A DNA stretch of 64,000 nt. Source: Torpedo marmorata (Eukaryota). Within the stretch, counting starts at the first letter, position 1, and every line of letters starts with the position of its first letter. Location: NCBI GenBank assembly GCA_977017645.1, contig CDRNVU010000074.1:1984001-2048000 (forward strand). The letters run 5' to 3'. The notes under the pieces were generated by a model. That model ran no database searches, was not told the DNA's origin, and saw only the letters and a program-made list of their open reading frames with translations. Made by a program: the position numbers and the translations under genes. Positions 12,951 through 25,500 of this stretch are shown here, in pieces.

Positions 12951-13665
12951 TGTTATGGACCATGACTGACCATTTGGACTGCAGACGGTCAGCAGGAAGC
13001 AGGAAGTCTTTTGGAGTATACACTGGGACCAGTTACTGAAAGAATTAACTTGCCCAGTACTTGGTGTACTCAGAGAGAGAGAGAGAGAGAGAGAAAGAGA
13101 CGAGAGAGGAAGACAGGCTATGGAAAGATACTTTGTTGCACTTTTGCAAAAGCAGGTGCAAGCCTCTGCAAAAAACATTTATATTCAGTTGTTGTTTGAA
13201 GTTGCAAGAGGCTGGAAGAACACAGCAAAATCCAGGCTTGTGCATCCGAGGGGAAAAGGCTGGAGAACAGCACATGGCCTCCTCAGCAAAATCCAGAATT
13301 AAATCAACTTTTGTTATGAACAGGCTTGAGATCAGCAACACCGGCTGTGAGATCCAAGTCCACGCATCAATCCAAAACTTATTTGGAGTCGCAATCCTCG
13401 TGTATCTACCAAAAGGGAAAGTCATCAGAGAAGAAAAGCAAGCCAAGCATTCATAAGCTAAAACAATCATTGTTTCTCTCTCAAACGTTCATTAAGAAGT
13501 CCTTATTGCCAGCACACAGAGCTGAATTTGGACCCTGAACATAGAGAGTTAATTTTTGTGGACTGTATTTTTGGGAATGACTTATCTTTATGACTGACCT
13601 GGGGGTTTTGGGGAAAGTTTTCCATTTTTACATGAGGGTTGGGCACAGACTGTAATGGTCTGGGC

Positions 13666-13718
<53 letters not shown>

Positions 13719-13883
13719 ACACACACACACACAAACTCTTCAGATAAGAATAGTGTTTATAGACATTTATAGTGGGGTTAATTGTTGTGAAATTATATGT
13801 TAAATTGTCTTTAATAAATATAAATTTCAATTTTACCCCTTTTGCATTGCGTCTTCTGTCGTTGCTGGTTTGAAGTTGTAAAA
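12951..13883 (+). mobile_element. Family A LTR (5' LTR of a degraded element)
   Basis: Starts TGTTATGGACC and ends TTGTAA(AA). It is followed by the PBS-like TGGGGGCTCATCCTAGGATTT and is homologous to the other ~0.9-kb LTRs. Confidence 0.92.
13669..13733. repeat. (CA)n microsatellite expanded within the LTR
   Basis: About 30 CA units here, versus about 5-8 at the same site in the other family A LTRs. Confidence 0.95.
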
Positions 13884-14840
13884 AAATTGGGGGCTCATCC
13901 TAGGATTTAAATCATGGTCCATCTTGATAATTGAATGCATCCCAGTCTGGATTAAGACATTCATTTTGTGAAGTTAATTAAAAGCTAGTGTGTGTGTGTA
14001 ACGAAAAAACCACCAACAATGGATGTAAAGAAAATTTTGGAATCACGTGAACCTGATACTTTAAAAAAAGGCTAAAAAGGAACAGATAGTGGCTATAGCA
14101 ACAGAGTTGGGCATTGCGTCTGTAAACCCATCAATGAAAAAGGCGGACATTGGGAGAAAAATTGTCAAATACTATATAAAAGGGAAAAAGATTGAGAAGA
14201 GCGTGTTACAGCTGTTTTCCAAGGGAAAACCTTCTGAAAACATAAAGTTGGAACTGAATAAATTGTAATTGAATTGGGAAAAAAAATTGGACAGGGAATT
14301 GGATCAAACGAAATCAGACAGGGAATTGGAACTAAAGAGATTAGACTTGGAGGAAGCCAGAGAACAAAAAAGATTAGGCTTGGCGGCAGCCAGAGAACAA
14401 AAGAGATTAGAGAACGATAAGAAAATTAGGCAAAAGGAGCTGGAAAATATTAAGTTGGAAAATGAGAGGAGACAAGAAGAGCACCAAGATCAAATTCGTC
14501 ATCCTGTTGGGATGTATTTGGCCAGCAGAGAAGTTAGGTTGGTTCCTCCATTTGAGGAGACAGAAATAGATAAATACTTCCAGCATTTGCAGAAAGTGGC
14601 AGTGAAATTAAAATTGCCACAAGACCAATGGTCTCTTATGTTACAAAGTGTAATAAAATGAAAAGCTCTGCAAGCTCATTGTACTCTTACCACGGAGCAA
14701 GCTGCTGATTATGAAACGGTGACGAAGGCTATACCCAGGCTTATGAGTTAGTTCCAGATGGTGAAAGACAGAAGTTTAGAAATTGTAAAAGATCAGCAAC
14801 CCAATCTTACACATTTTGCTTATGAAAAGGTTGTGTGTTT
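13884..14840 (+). mobile_element. Family A gag fragment (degraded), truncated by a nested LTR at 14841
   Basis: Reads MDVKKILES...EVRLVPPFEETEIDKYFQH..., with stops and frameshifts, and ends abruptly at TGTTATGGAC. Confidence 0.88.
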
Positions 14841-16449
14841 TGTTATGGACCATGACTGACAGTTTGGACTGAGAACGGTAAGCAGGAAGGATGAAGTCTT
14901 TTGGAGTATACACTGGTACCTGGTACTGAAAGAGTTAACTTGACCAGGACTTCTTGTATTTACCAAAGAGAGACATCGGGGGAGACAAACTGGGAAAACA
15001 CACTTGGAGTAAAAAATTTGGAACAGAAGCAGCTGGAGAGAGTTTCTCTCTAAGGCCTAAAGTTAAAACTAACTCAGTGGAAATTTTGGAGTTGAAAAGG
15101 CGGGAGAACTCAGTAGGATCCAAGTCTGTGCATCCCAGGGAAGCAGTGCTGAGAATAGCACAGAGTCTCTTTAATCAGAAAAGTCCAGGCTTGTACATCC
15201 CAGAGAGAAAGGCTTGGGGAAAAGCAAGGCCTGATGAATCGGTAGAATCCTGAGTTGTGAAAGCAGATTTTGAGAAGGAATCAGCTGTGAAATCCAAGTA
15301 TTACGCCTTAATCCAAAACGGATCTGAAGTCGCAATCCTTATGAAAACACCAGAAGGGAACGTTATCAGAAAAAAAAACAAGCCATGCATTCGTAAGCAT
15401 AAACAGTCATTGTCTCTCTCCAACGTTCATTAAGAATTCCTTCTACAAGCACGCAGAGCTGAATTTGAAACCTGAACTTAGGGAGTGAATTTTTGTGGAC
15501 TGTATTTTTTTTTTTGACTGACTTGTTTTTATGACTGACCTGGGGTTTATTGGGGAAAGTTTTTCAATTTTTACATAAGGGTCGGGCACAGACTGTAATG
15601 GTCTGGGCTTTACACATACACACCTTTTTGATAAGAGTAATGTTTATAGACGTTTATAGTGGGGTTAATTGTTGTGAAATTATATGTTTACTTGTGTTTA
15701 ATAAATAATAATTTCAATTTTACCCCTTTTGCATTGCGTCTTCTGTCGTTGCTGGTTTGAATTTGTAAATAAAATTGGGGGCTCGTCCGGGATTTGAATT
15801 AAAAATCCATCTTGGTAATTGAAGGAATCCCAGTCTGGTTTAAGACAATCCTTTTGTAAAACTAATTAAAAGCTAGTGTGTGTGTAACGAAAAACCAGCA
15901 ACAATGGATGTAGAACATTTTTTGGAATCACCTGAACATGATACTTTAAAAAAGATGAAAAAGGAACAGTTAGTGGCTATAGGAACAAAGTTGGGCATTC
16001 CTTCTGTAAAATCATTTATGAACAAGGCAGAGTTTGGGAGAAAAATTGTCCAATACTTTTTAAAAGAAAAAAGTTTGAGGAGAGCCTGTTAGAGCAGTTT
16101 CCTAAGGGTAAACCTTCTGAAAAAATACAGTTGGAAATAAATAAATTGGAATTGGAGGCAGACAGGGAACAGAAGGAATTGAAATTGGAGGCAGCCAGGG
16201 AACAAAATAAATTAGAATTGGAGGCAGACAGGGAACAAAAGAACAGGAAATTGGAAAAAAAGAAATTGGAATTGGTACCAAAGAAATAGGACTTAGAGAA
16301 CGATGAGAGTAATAGGAGATAGATGCTGGAAAAGATAAAGTTGGAAAGTGAGAGGAGACAAAAAGAGCACCAAGATCAAATCCGTCATCTTGCCGAGGGG
16401 TTTTTGGCTAGTAGAGACGTTAAGTTGGCTCCTCCATTTGAGTAGGCAG
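14841..16449 (+). mobile_element. Nested family A element: LTR (14841-~15769, variant U3), PBS and gag fragment, truncated by another LTR at 16450
   Basis: TGTTATGGACC start, perfect PBS at 15776, then MDVEHFLESPEHDTLKK and the coiled-coil gag region. Confidence 0.9.
15776..15798 (+). promoter_or_regulatory. tRNA-Pro primer-binding site
   Basis: TGGGGGCTCGTCCGGGATTTGAA is the reverse complement of the 3'-terminal 23 nt of vertebrate tRNA-Pro including CCA. Variants follow the LTRs ending at 13883, 22416, 27346, 32282 and 61419. Confidence 0.92.
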
Positions 16450-18252
16450 TGTTATGGACCATGACTGACCATTTGGACTGCGGAGGGTCAGTAGGAAGGA
16501 TGAAGTATTTTGGAGTACACACTGGGGCCAGGTACTGAAAGAGTTAACTTCCCCAGGACTTGGTGTACCCAGACAGAGAGAGACCAGAGAGAGAGACAGA
16601 CTGTGGAAAAAGATACATTGTTGCACTTTTGCAAAAGCAGGTGCAGATCTCTGCAAAAAGCAGACAGTTGGGAGTTGCAAAGGCTAGAGAACACAGCCAA
16701 ATCCAGGCTTGTGCATAGTCAGAGAAAAGACTGGCAGAATAGCACATGGCCTCCTGTCTAAGAGGGAGGCTGATCTTGCGCTCCCTCTCACAAATTTGCT
16801 TAGAAAGAAAGAAAAATTTGTATGGTCGACAGGTTGTCAGGAAGCATTTGTCAAATTGAAAGCTATGTTATGCCACCAACCTGTGCTTAAGTCACCTAAT
16901 TTAGAACAGCCGTTTTCGTTAGCCGTGGATGGCAGCGATGAAGCTGTGGGTGCGGTGCTGTTACAGAAGAAGAACGAAGAGTACATTGACCATCCGATAT
17001 CCTACTTCTCGAAGAAGTTCAATGATCATCAAAGGAATTATTCAACGATAGAAAAAGTGTTGTTGGCTCTTGTGTAGGCTCTACAACACTTTAATGTGTA
17101 TATCTGTACAGATCAATAACCACTCATAGTGTATACTGACCATACTCCATTGGGTTTTCTTTGTAAAATGAAAAATAAGAATCGACGGTTGTTGAATTGG
17201 AGTCTAATTTTGCAAGAATATAATTTGGTAATCACACATGTAAAAGGGAAAGATAATGTAATTGCTGATTGTCTTTCTAGATGTTAAACTTTATCAATGA
17301 AAATAGTTCATATTTTGTATTTGTGGATGAACATTGTAGATGTTGTTTATATTGTGACACCTCAATTAATTTCCAAAATTTTTTTGTGGGTGGGAGGTGT
17401 TATGGACCATGACTGACCATTTGGACTGTGGACGGTCAGCAGGAAGGATGAAGTCTTTTGGAGTATACACTGGGGCCAGGTACTGAAAGAGTTAACTTGC
17501 CCAGGACTTGGTGTACCCAGAGAGAGAGAGAGCAGAGAGAGACAGGCTGTGGAAAATATACTTTGTTGCACTTTTGCAAAAGCAGGTGCAGACCTCTGCA
17601 AAAAGCAGACAGTTGGGAGTTGCAATGGCTAGAGAACACAGCCAAATCCAGGCTTGCGCATCCCAGAGAAAAGACTGGAAGAATAGCACATGGCCTCCTG
17701 TCTCAGAGAAATTCTGAGTTAAAAGCAACTTCTGTGGAGAACAGGCGTGAGATCAGCGAGACCAGCTGTGAGATCCAAGCACACGCCTCATTCAGTGGTA
17801 TACTGATCTGGATCGCAATCCCTATGAATACACAAGAAGGGAATGTCATCAGAGAAGAAAAACAAGTATTTGTAAGCATAAACAGTCATTGTCTCTCTCC
17901 AACGTTCATTCACAAGTATTTCTACAAGTACACAGAGCTGAATTTGAAACCTAAACTTAGAGATTGAATTTTGTGGACTGTATTATTCTTTTTTTTGACT
18001 GACTTGTTTTTATGACTGATCTGGGTTTTTTGGGGAAAGTTTTTTCATTTTTACATAAGGGTTGGGCACAGACTGTAATGGTCTGGGCTTTACACACACA
18101 CACACCTTTTAGATAAGAATAGTGTTTATAGACGTTTATAGTGGTGTTAATTGTTGTGAAACTATATGTTTAATTGTCTTTAATAAATATAAATTTCAAT
18201 TTTACCCCTTTTGCATTTCGTCTTCTGTCGTTGCTGGTTTGATTTTGTCACA
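16450..18252 (+). mobile_element. Internally deleted family A element: partial LTR (16450-~16760) fused to RT thumb/RNase H (~16770-17287), PPT, and 3' LTR (17398-18252)
   Basis: Reads ADLALPLTNLLRKK..LAVDGSDEAVGAVLLQ..ISYFSKKF..NYSTIEK. GTGGGTGGGAGG precedes TGTTATGG at 17398, and the LTR ends TGTCACA. Confidence 0.9.
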
Positions 18253-18585
18253 AGTGCAAGGTTGTTGTTCGGGCACCATTCAGCCAAGTTTTCAATCTCC
18301 ATCCTGTACGCCAACTCATCGCCTTCCTTTACACAACCGACTACCGTGCTACCGTCGGCAAATTTGCAGATGGTGTTATTGTCGTACCGAGCCACATTGT
18401 CGGAGGTGTAAAGTGAGTAGAGCAGGGTGCTAAGAACGCAGCCCTGTGGTTCTCCGGTACTGATGACGATTGTAGAGGAGATATTCTGACCAATATACAC
18501 TGATTGTCGTCTGAAGGTGAGGAAATCCATGATCCAATTACAGAGTGTGGTGGTAACTCACATGTCTTCGAGTTTGCTGATCAGC
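18253..18585 (-). mobile_element. Rex1/Babar-type LINE RT fragment
   Basis: [57 protein letters not shown]. Confidence 0.8.
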
Positions 18586-18589
18586 TATG

Positions 18590-18690
18590 AGGGGAACTTC
18601 CAAACTCCTTGGGCAGAGCATCACATTTGATCGGATGTTGCGGGCGCTGTAACAGCATTGTGCTAACCACTACACTAACCGTGCTCCCCT
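18590..18690 (-). mobile_element. tRNA-derived SINE head
   Basis: The minus strand reads GGGGAGCACGGTTAGTGTAGTGGTTAGCACAATGCTGTTACAGCGCC (A-box-like), homologous to 40025-40184. Confidence 0.65.
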
Positions 18691-18959
18691 GTGTTTTCGG
18701 TGAAAAGACCGACCCCAGTGAGTACCCGATGCTGCAAATTTTAAACCGACGAATGCAACGTTGAACCGAATTTTGACCCCATGTGAATCTCTTCATTACA
18801 GTTCCTGATCCACCCACTTGATGTCCCCATCACATAAGAGTTATGGGGTAAACAACACGAGGAATTATTCAGTGGGGAGCGAGTGAACTGACATCCTGCT
18901 ACAGCACAGTACAGGCCCGTCGGCCTTCGGTTTTGTGCCGATCCATATATTCCTTAAAA

Positions 18960-21078
18960 ATACTAAACCGTTAGTAGAGGCAATTAGAAGTGATTTGGCA
19001 ATTAATGGATTTACAGTCGGTCAAGAGCAACATAAAATTAGCTTATTTGCGGATGATGTTTTAATATATTTGACGGAGCCTGAGACTTCTTTGCAAAGAT
19101 TGCATTTTAAATTGGAGGAATATGGGAAAGTCTCTGGTTATAAGATAAATTGGGATAAAAGTGAAATTATGCCCCTTACAGAGGGAGATTATACTTTATG
19201 TAAAAGAAGTACTCAGTTCAAATGGCCACATAATGGAATAAAATATCTTGGGGTTCGAACAGATAATAAATTTAAAAAATTATATCAATGGAATTATTTA
19301 CCATTGCTTAAAAAGATTAAAGAAGACTTGAAATGGATTAATTTACCCATTACATTGATTGGAAGAGTTAACTGTATTAAAATTAATATATTTCCAAGGA
19401 TACAGTACTTGTATCAAACTACACCTATCTTATTACCACAGGCTTTTTTTCAGGATTTAAACAAACAAGTGCGAAAATTTCTTTGGAAAGGTAAAATGTC
19501 AAGAGTCTCTATGGAACGTCTAACATGGAAATATGAACTGGAAGGTCTACAACTCCCTAATTTTAAGAATTATTATCGAGCGGCACAGATTAGATTTGTT
19601 ACTTCTTTTTTTTAAAGAGAGGGAAGACTTGCATGGGTTGGAATAGAGATTGGTGAAATAGGAGAAATGGTACCAGAAGAATTTATGTACAAATGGAACT
19701 CAAATTTATTGATAGGTGCTAAAGAAACGCCGTTGTTAAAGCATTTGATTAATACTTGGAACAAGATTTATGATGAGATAGGGATGAAAGGAAACATATC
19801 ACCCAAAATGTCTTTGATACAGAATAATCTTATACCATTTATAAAAGATAATCAATTTTTAAATATATGGTCACAGAAAGGAATAAAGAAGCTGGAAGAT
19901 TGTTATGAAGGGAGCCAGTTTATGTCGTTTGTACAATTACGGAATAAATATGGAATACCCAATAACACTCTTTTTTGTTATTTTCAATTAAGAGGTTATC
20001 TAAGAGAAAAACTAGGTCCAGATATGTTGTTACAAGATTGTAGTGAGGTAGAAACCCTTATTAGGAAACGGAATATTTAAAAAAAAACTTCTATAATGTA
20101 TTCTATGCTACGAAGGGGAACTTTAAAACGAGACTTCATAAATCTTGACAAAGCATGGAGCAAGATCTTAACATTACAATTGATGAAAAAATATGGTCGG
20201 ATTTATGTCAAGATAGTATGACTAATACTGTTAATGTAAGATATAGATTAGTACAGTATAATTTTTTACATCAACTATACCTTACACCACAAAAACTGAA
20301 TAAGATAAAAATCTACGTTATCAAATAGGTGTTTTAGATGTGATGAAGTGGAGGGAACTTTTTTACTTTCAACATGGTTATGTTCTAAAGTTAAATGTTT
20401 TTGGATAGAGTTAGGGAACCGGTTAAAACAAATTACAGGTGTTAGATTTCCACAGAATCCTGATATATTTTTATTAGGAAATGTGGAAGGAACTAGACCA
20501 AAGTTGAAATTATCTACATGTCAACTGAAATTTGTAAAAATTGCTTTAGCAGTAGCAAGGAAGTGTATAGCAGTAACTTGGAAATCAGATAGAACTTTAA
20601 GTATGGATATAATGGAATTCAGAGATGCGGAGCTGTATTGGAAAGAATAACATATAATATGAGAAATAAATATGGGATATTTTTGCAAATGTGGCGTCCA
20701 TATATCCAATCATTAGGTATGAATATTTAAATGTGTTGCTCTACATCCTGGACCCTGTTGACTCTCTCAAATTTAAAGAATAAATATTGTTGAATACCAC
20801 GCGTTGAGCCGTGGACCCAGCAGCGATCCGTTCAGTTATTTTTGATAAGAAATATCAATGCCTTCTTTTCTTATTTTCTTTTAGATTTTAGCAAGGGGAG
20901 GGAATTAAAGGGTGGGAAAGGTGGAGGGTGGGTAACTTTTTAGAGGGTGGGTTAAGACGGGGGTCAGATGCACTGTAATACAAATTATGTTTTTTATTTA
21001 TTGGAATTAATAATGTATACTACGTATGTTGTATTACTGTGAGAAAATTTAAAATTCAAAATAAAATAATAAAAAAAT
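18960..21078 (+). mobile_element. L1-clade LINE, 5'-truncated: ORF2 C-terminal half, 3' UTR and poly(A)
   Basis: Motifs HKISLFADDVLIYL, SGYKINWDKSE and GLQLPNFKNYY are present. They are followed by a G-rich 3' UTR, AATAAA and an A-rich end at about 21060-21078. Confidence 0.9.
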
Positions 21079-21477
21079 ACATTTTAATTGAGCTGCCTTA
21101 TAGTAATTTTGAAAATTGGGAAGTTGTAAACCTCCCATTTCATAATTCCAAGTTAAATTCTCCATACCTACTCCAGCCAACTTTCCTTTCCACAAAAAAA
21201 TCATAATAATTAAATTTAAATCCTTAAAGTATTTTTGAGGAATTTCATAAGGAATTGATTGGAAAAGATTTTGAATTCTTGGAAAAACTTCCATTTTAAT
21301 ACAATTTACCCTTCATATTAAAGTTATTGGTAAATCTTTCCAACTCTCTAAATCATTTTTAATATTAGTAAATAATGGTAAGTAATTTAATTTATATAAA
21401 TTACTTAATTTTGTAGCTATGTTTATTCCCTAATATTTAAATCCATTATTTGACTATTTAAAACGAGTAATTTATTT
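21079..21477 (-). mobile_element. L1 ORF2 fragment, target of the LTR at 21478
   Basis: FPRIQNLFQSIP...GGLQLPNFQNYYKAAQLK on the minus strand. Confidence 0.8.
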
Positions 21478-22416
21478 TGTTAAGGACCATGACTGACCAT
21501 TTGGACTGCGGACGGTCAGCAGGAAGGATGACGTCTTTTGGAGTATACACTGGGACCTGGTACTGAAAGAGTTAACTTGCCCAGGACTTCTTTTATTTAC
21601 CAGAGAGAGACATCAGGGGGAGACAAACTGTGAAAAGCACACTTGGTTTTGAACCTTTTGGAAGAAGGCTGTGTAGAGATAACTCTCTCTCTCTACTGAA
21701 AGGCTTAAGGTTAAAACTAACTCAGTGGAGGTATTGGAGCTGAAAAGCGGGAGAACTCAGTAGGATACAGGCATGTGCATCCCAGTAAAGAAGTTGGAGA
21801 ATAGCACAGAGTCTCTTGAATCAGAAAGGTCCAGGCTTGTACATCCCAGAGAGAAAGGCTGTGGGAGTAAAGAAGGCCGGATGATTCACCAGAATCCTGA
21901 GTTATGAAGGCAGTTTCTGTGAGGAACTGGCTGTGAAATCTAAGTAAACGCCTTAATTCAAAACCGGATCTGAATTCGCAATCCTTATGAAAACACAAGA
22001 AGGGAACGTCATCAGAGAAGAAAATGAAGTCAAGTATTTGTAAGCATAAACAGTCATTGTCTCTCTCCAAAGTTTATTCAGAAGTACTTTTCCAGCACAC
22101 AGAGCTGAATTTGAAACCTGAACTTAAAGAGTGAACATTTGTGGACTGTATTATTTTTTTGACTGACTTGTTTTTATGACTGACCTGGGGTTTTTGGGGA
22201 AAGTTTTTTTTTCCATTTTTACATAAGGGTTGGGCACAGACTGTAATGGTCTGGGCTTTACACACACACCTTTTAGATAAGAACAGTGTTTATAGACGTT
22301 TATATTGGGGTTAATTGTTGTGAAATTATATGTATACTTGTATGTAATAAATATAAATTTCAATTTTACTCCCTTTGCATTTCGTCTTCTGTCGTTGCTG
22401 GTTTGAATATGTAACA
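21478..22416 (+). mobile_element. Family A LTR, 5' LTR of the host element (U3 variant shared with 14841)
   Basis: TGTTAAGGACC...TGTAACA, followed by the PBS. Confidence 0.93.
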
Positions 22417-22552
22417 AAATTGGGGGCTCGTTCTCGGGATTTGAATTAAAAATACATCTTGGTAATTGAAGGAATCCCAGTCTGGTTTAAGGCATTCCTT
22501 TTGTAAAGCTAACTGAAAGCTAGTTTGTGTGTGTAACGAAAAACCAGCAACA

Positions 22553-25500
22553 ATGGATCTAAGAGTAATTTTTGCAATCACCTGAACCTGATACTTTAAA
22601 AAAGGTCAAAAAGCAACAGTAAGTGGATATAGCAACAAAGTTGGGCTTTGCGTCTGTAAAACCATCAATGAAAAAGCAGAGATTGGGAGAAAAATAGTCA
22701 AATACTATATAAAATAAAAAAGTTTGAGGAGAGCTTGTTTGAGCAGTTTCGCAAGGGTAAACCTTCTGAAAACATACAGTTGGAAATAAAGAAATTGGAA
22801 TTGGAGGCAGCCAGGGAACAAAAGAAAGTAGACACGGAATTAGAAAAAAAGAAATTGGAATTGGAACAAAAGAGATTAGACTTAGATAACGAGGATAAAA
22901 ATAGGATATATGTGCTGGAAAAGATAAAGTTGGAAAATGTGGGGAGACTAGAAGAGCACCAAGATCAAATTCGTCATCCTGCTGAGGGGATTTTGGCTAG
23001 TAGAGAAGTTAGGTTGGTTCCTCCATTTGAGGAGGCAGAAATAGAAACGTACTTCCAACATTTTGAGAAGGTGTCTGTGAAATTAAAATGGCCACAAGTC
23101 CAATGGTCTCTTATGTTACAAAGTGTAATAAAAGGAAAAGCTCAGCAAGCTTATTCTACTCTTACCACGGAGCAAGCTGCTGATTATGAAACGGAGAAAA
23201 AGGCTATACTCCAGGCTTATGAGTTAGTTCCAGAGGCTTATAGACAGAAGTTTAGAAATTTAAAAAGATCAGTAACCCAATCTTATACAGAGTTTGCCTA
23301 TGAAAAGGTTGTGTGTTTGACAGGTGGTGCACATCTAAGGCAGTAAACAATGATTACAATCAATTGAGAGAATTGATAATAATCGAGGAGATAAAAAGGT
23401 GTGTTCATGAGGATATTAAGGGATATTTAGATGAAAAGGAGGTGAAAACATCGCAAAATTCAGCTACGTTAGCAGATGAATATGCTTTAACCCACAGGCC
23501 TAAGTGGACGTCAGGCAGAATATTCCAAAAGGTCACCGTTGATAATCCAAAGCAAGTGGAAAGTAAATTTGGAAGTCGTGTTAAGGAAAGGGATGAAGGA
23601 AAGTGCAAAAGGGAAAACCATTCAGGTCCCATTTGCCACTACTGTAGGAAGGCTGGTCATATGATAGCAAGCTGTCCAGTGTTGAAAAAGAAGAGAGAAA
23701 AGGAGGCAACACCTCATGCTTGCATTCAGAGTGAGAAGAGGCATAACACCCAGGAAGGAGATACATTTACTGACAAAGTTAGAGATGTATTTAAACATTT
23801 TGTGACTGATGGTTTTGTTTCAGTTAAGGCAGGATCTAAACAAGTTCCAGTGAAAATCTTGCGAGATATTGGAGCTGCTCAGTCACTTGTGTTAGATAGT
23901 GTCTTGGAATTTTGTAAAGCTACTGAAACCGGTGACATAAATTTAATTAAAGGAGTTGGGGGTGATGTTGAGTCCATTCCTTTGCACAAAATAGTGTTGG
24001 ACTCAGACTTGGTGGAAGGACCAGTTATAATAGGAGTGAGATCAGAGTTGCCAGTAGAAGTAGTCTCACTGTTTCTAGGCAATGACTTGGCCAAGGGTAA
24101 AGTGGTTTCTGCAGTGCGAATGACCACTAAGCCAGTAATTGATAATTCAGAGAAAGACTCTGATATTCATCGGGCATATGCCATAACCAGGGCCATGTCA
24201 AAGAAAAATGTCACTGTAGAAAAGGTAGAGGAAAATAACTTAGTGAAAGAAAAAGACAGTGATAATAAAGAAAACCTGGAAAAGGTTGAGCAGTCTCCTG
24301 TGTTACACCCATCCACTGATAAGACACCTACAGGCACAGATTTGTGACTATCCCGACAGGAGCTAATGGCAAGGCAAAAGGACGATCCAGATCTTGCTGA
24401 GGTGAGGGATAAGGTTCTCTCTGAAGAGGAGATTAAAAAGGTGCCAGTGGGTTATTATAAAAAAGATGGGTTGTTGATGAGAAAGTGGAGACCATGTGAT
24501 GTTCCTGCCGATGAAGAATGGGCAGTAGTGCAGCAGGTTGTGATCTCAAAAGTATATCTGGATGCAATAATAACTTTGGCTCATAGTACACCCTTAGGTG
24601 CTCACCTTGGGGTGAAGAAAACTATAAGGAAGATAATGAAACAATTTTATTGGCCCAGTTTGAGAAGGGAGGTTGTAAGCTTTTGCCGGGCCTGTCACAC
24701 TTGTCAGGTGGTGGGTAAACCTAATCAGGGTCCCCCGGTGGCACCCTTGCAACCTATCCCTGCTTTCAGTGAGCCTTTCTCGAGAGTAATTGTGGACTGT
24801 GTTGGCCCATTGCCCAAAACCAAAGCTGGGAATGAGTATTTGTTGACAATTATGTGTGCAGCCACCAGAATTCCAGAGGTAATTCCTCCAAGAAACATAA
24901 AAGCAAAGTCCATTGTAAAGGCTATGGAAAAGTCTTTCACCTTGGTAGGTTTGCCAAGGGAAATTCAATCAGATCAGGGCAGTAATTTCATGTCAGGCGT
25001 TTTCCAACAAGTGGTTGATGGACTAGGAGTTAAACAGATTGTATCCTTTGCGTACCATCCAGAAAGTCAAGGGGCCTTCGAGAGGTTCCATTCGACTTTG
25101 AAAAACATGATTAGAACCTATTGTTGTGAAAAGGAAAAGGATTGGGATGAGGGGGTTCATTTGTTGTTATTTGCAGCGAGGGAGTCTGTCCAATTATCAC
25201 TTGGTTTTAGTCCATTCGAGTTAGCTTTCGGACATGAGGTGAGAGGTCCTTTAAGATTATCAAAATAACAGTTGATTAATAGTGATGTGCATTTACATCT
25301 GTTAGATTATGTTTCCAAATGTAAGGATCGGTTACATAGGGCTTGTGAGATGGCAAAGGAGAATTTAAAGGCCACTCAACAGAGAATGAAGGTTTGGTAT
25401 GATCGAAAGGCTAAGATGAGAACTTTTAAACCTGGTGAGAACGTATCAGTTCTGTTTCCCATCCATTCAAATCCTCTTAGGGCTAGCATTTCAGGACCAT

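Noticed and set aside
13011-13830. Recurrent short ORFs such as MEYTLGPGTERVN... and CVCVCV... as a small protein family
   Set aside because: They are translations of LTR copies and microsatellites, with frames and stops that vary between copies.
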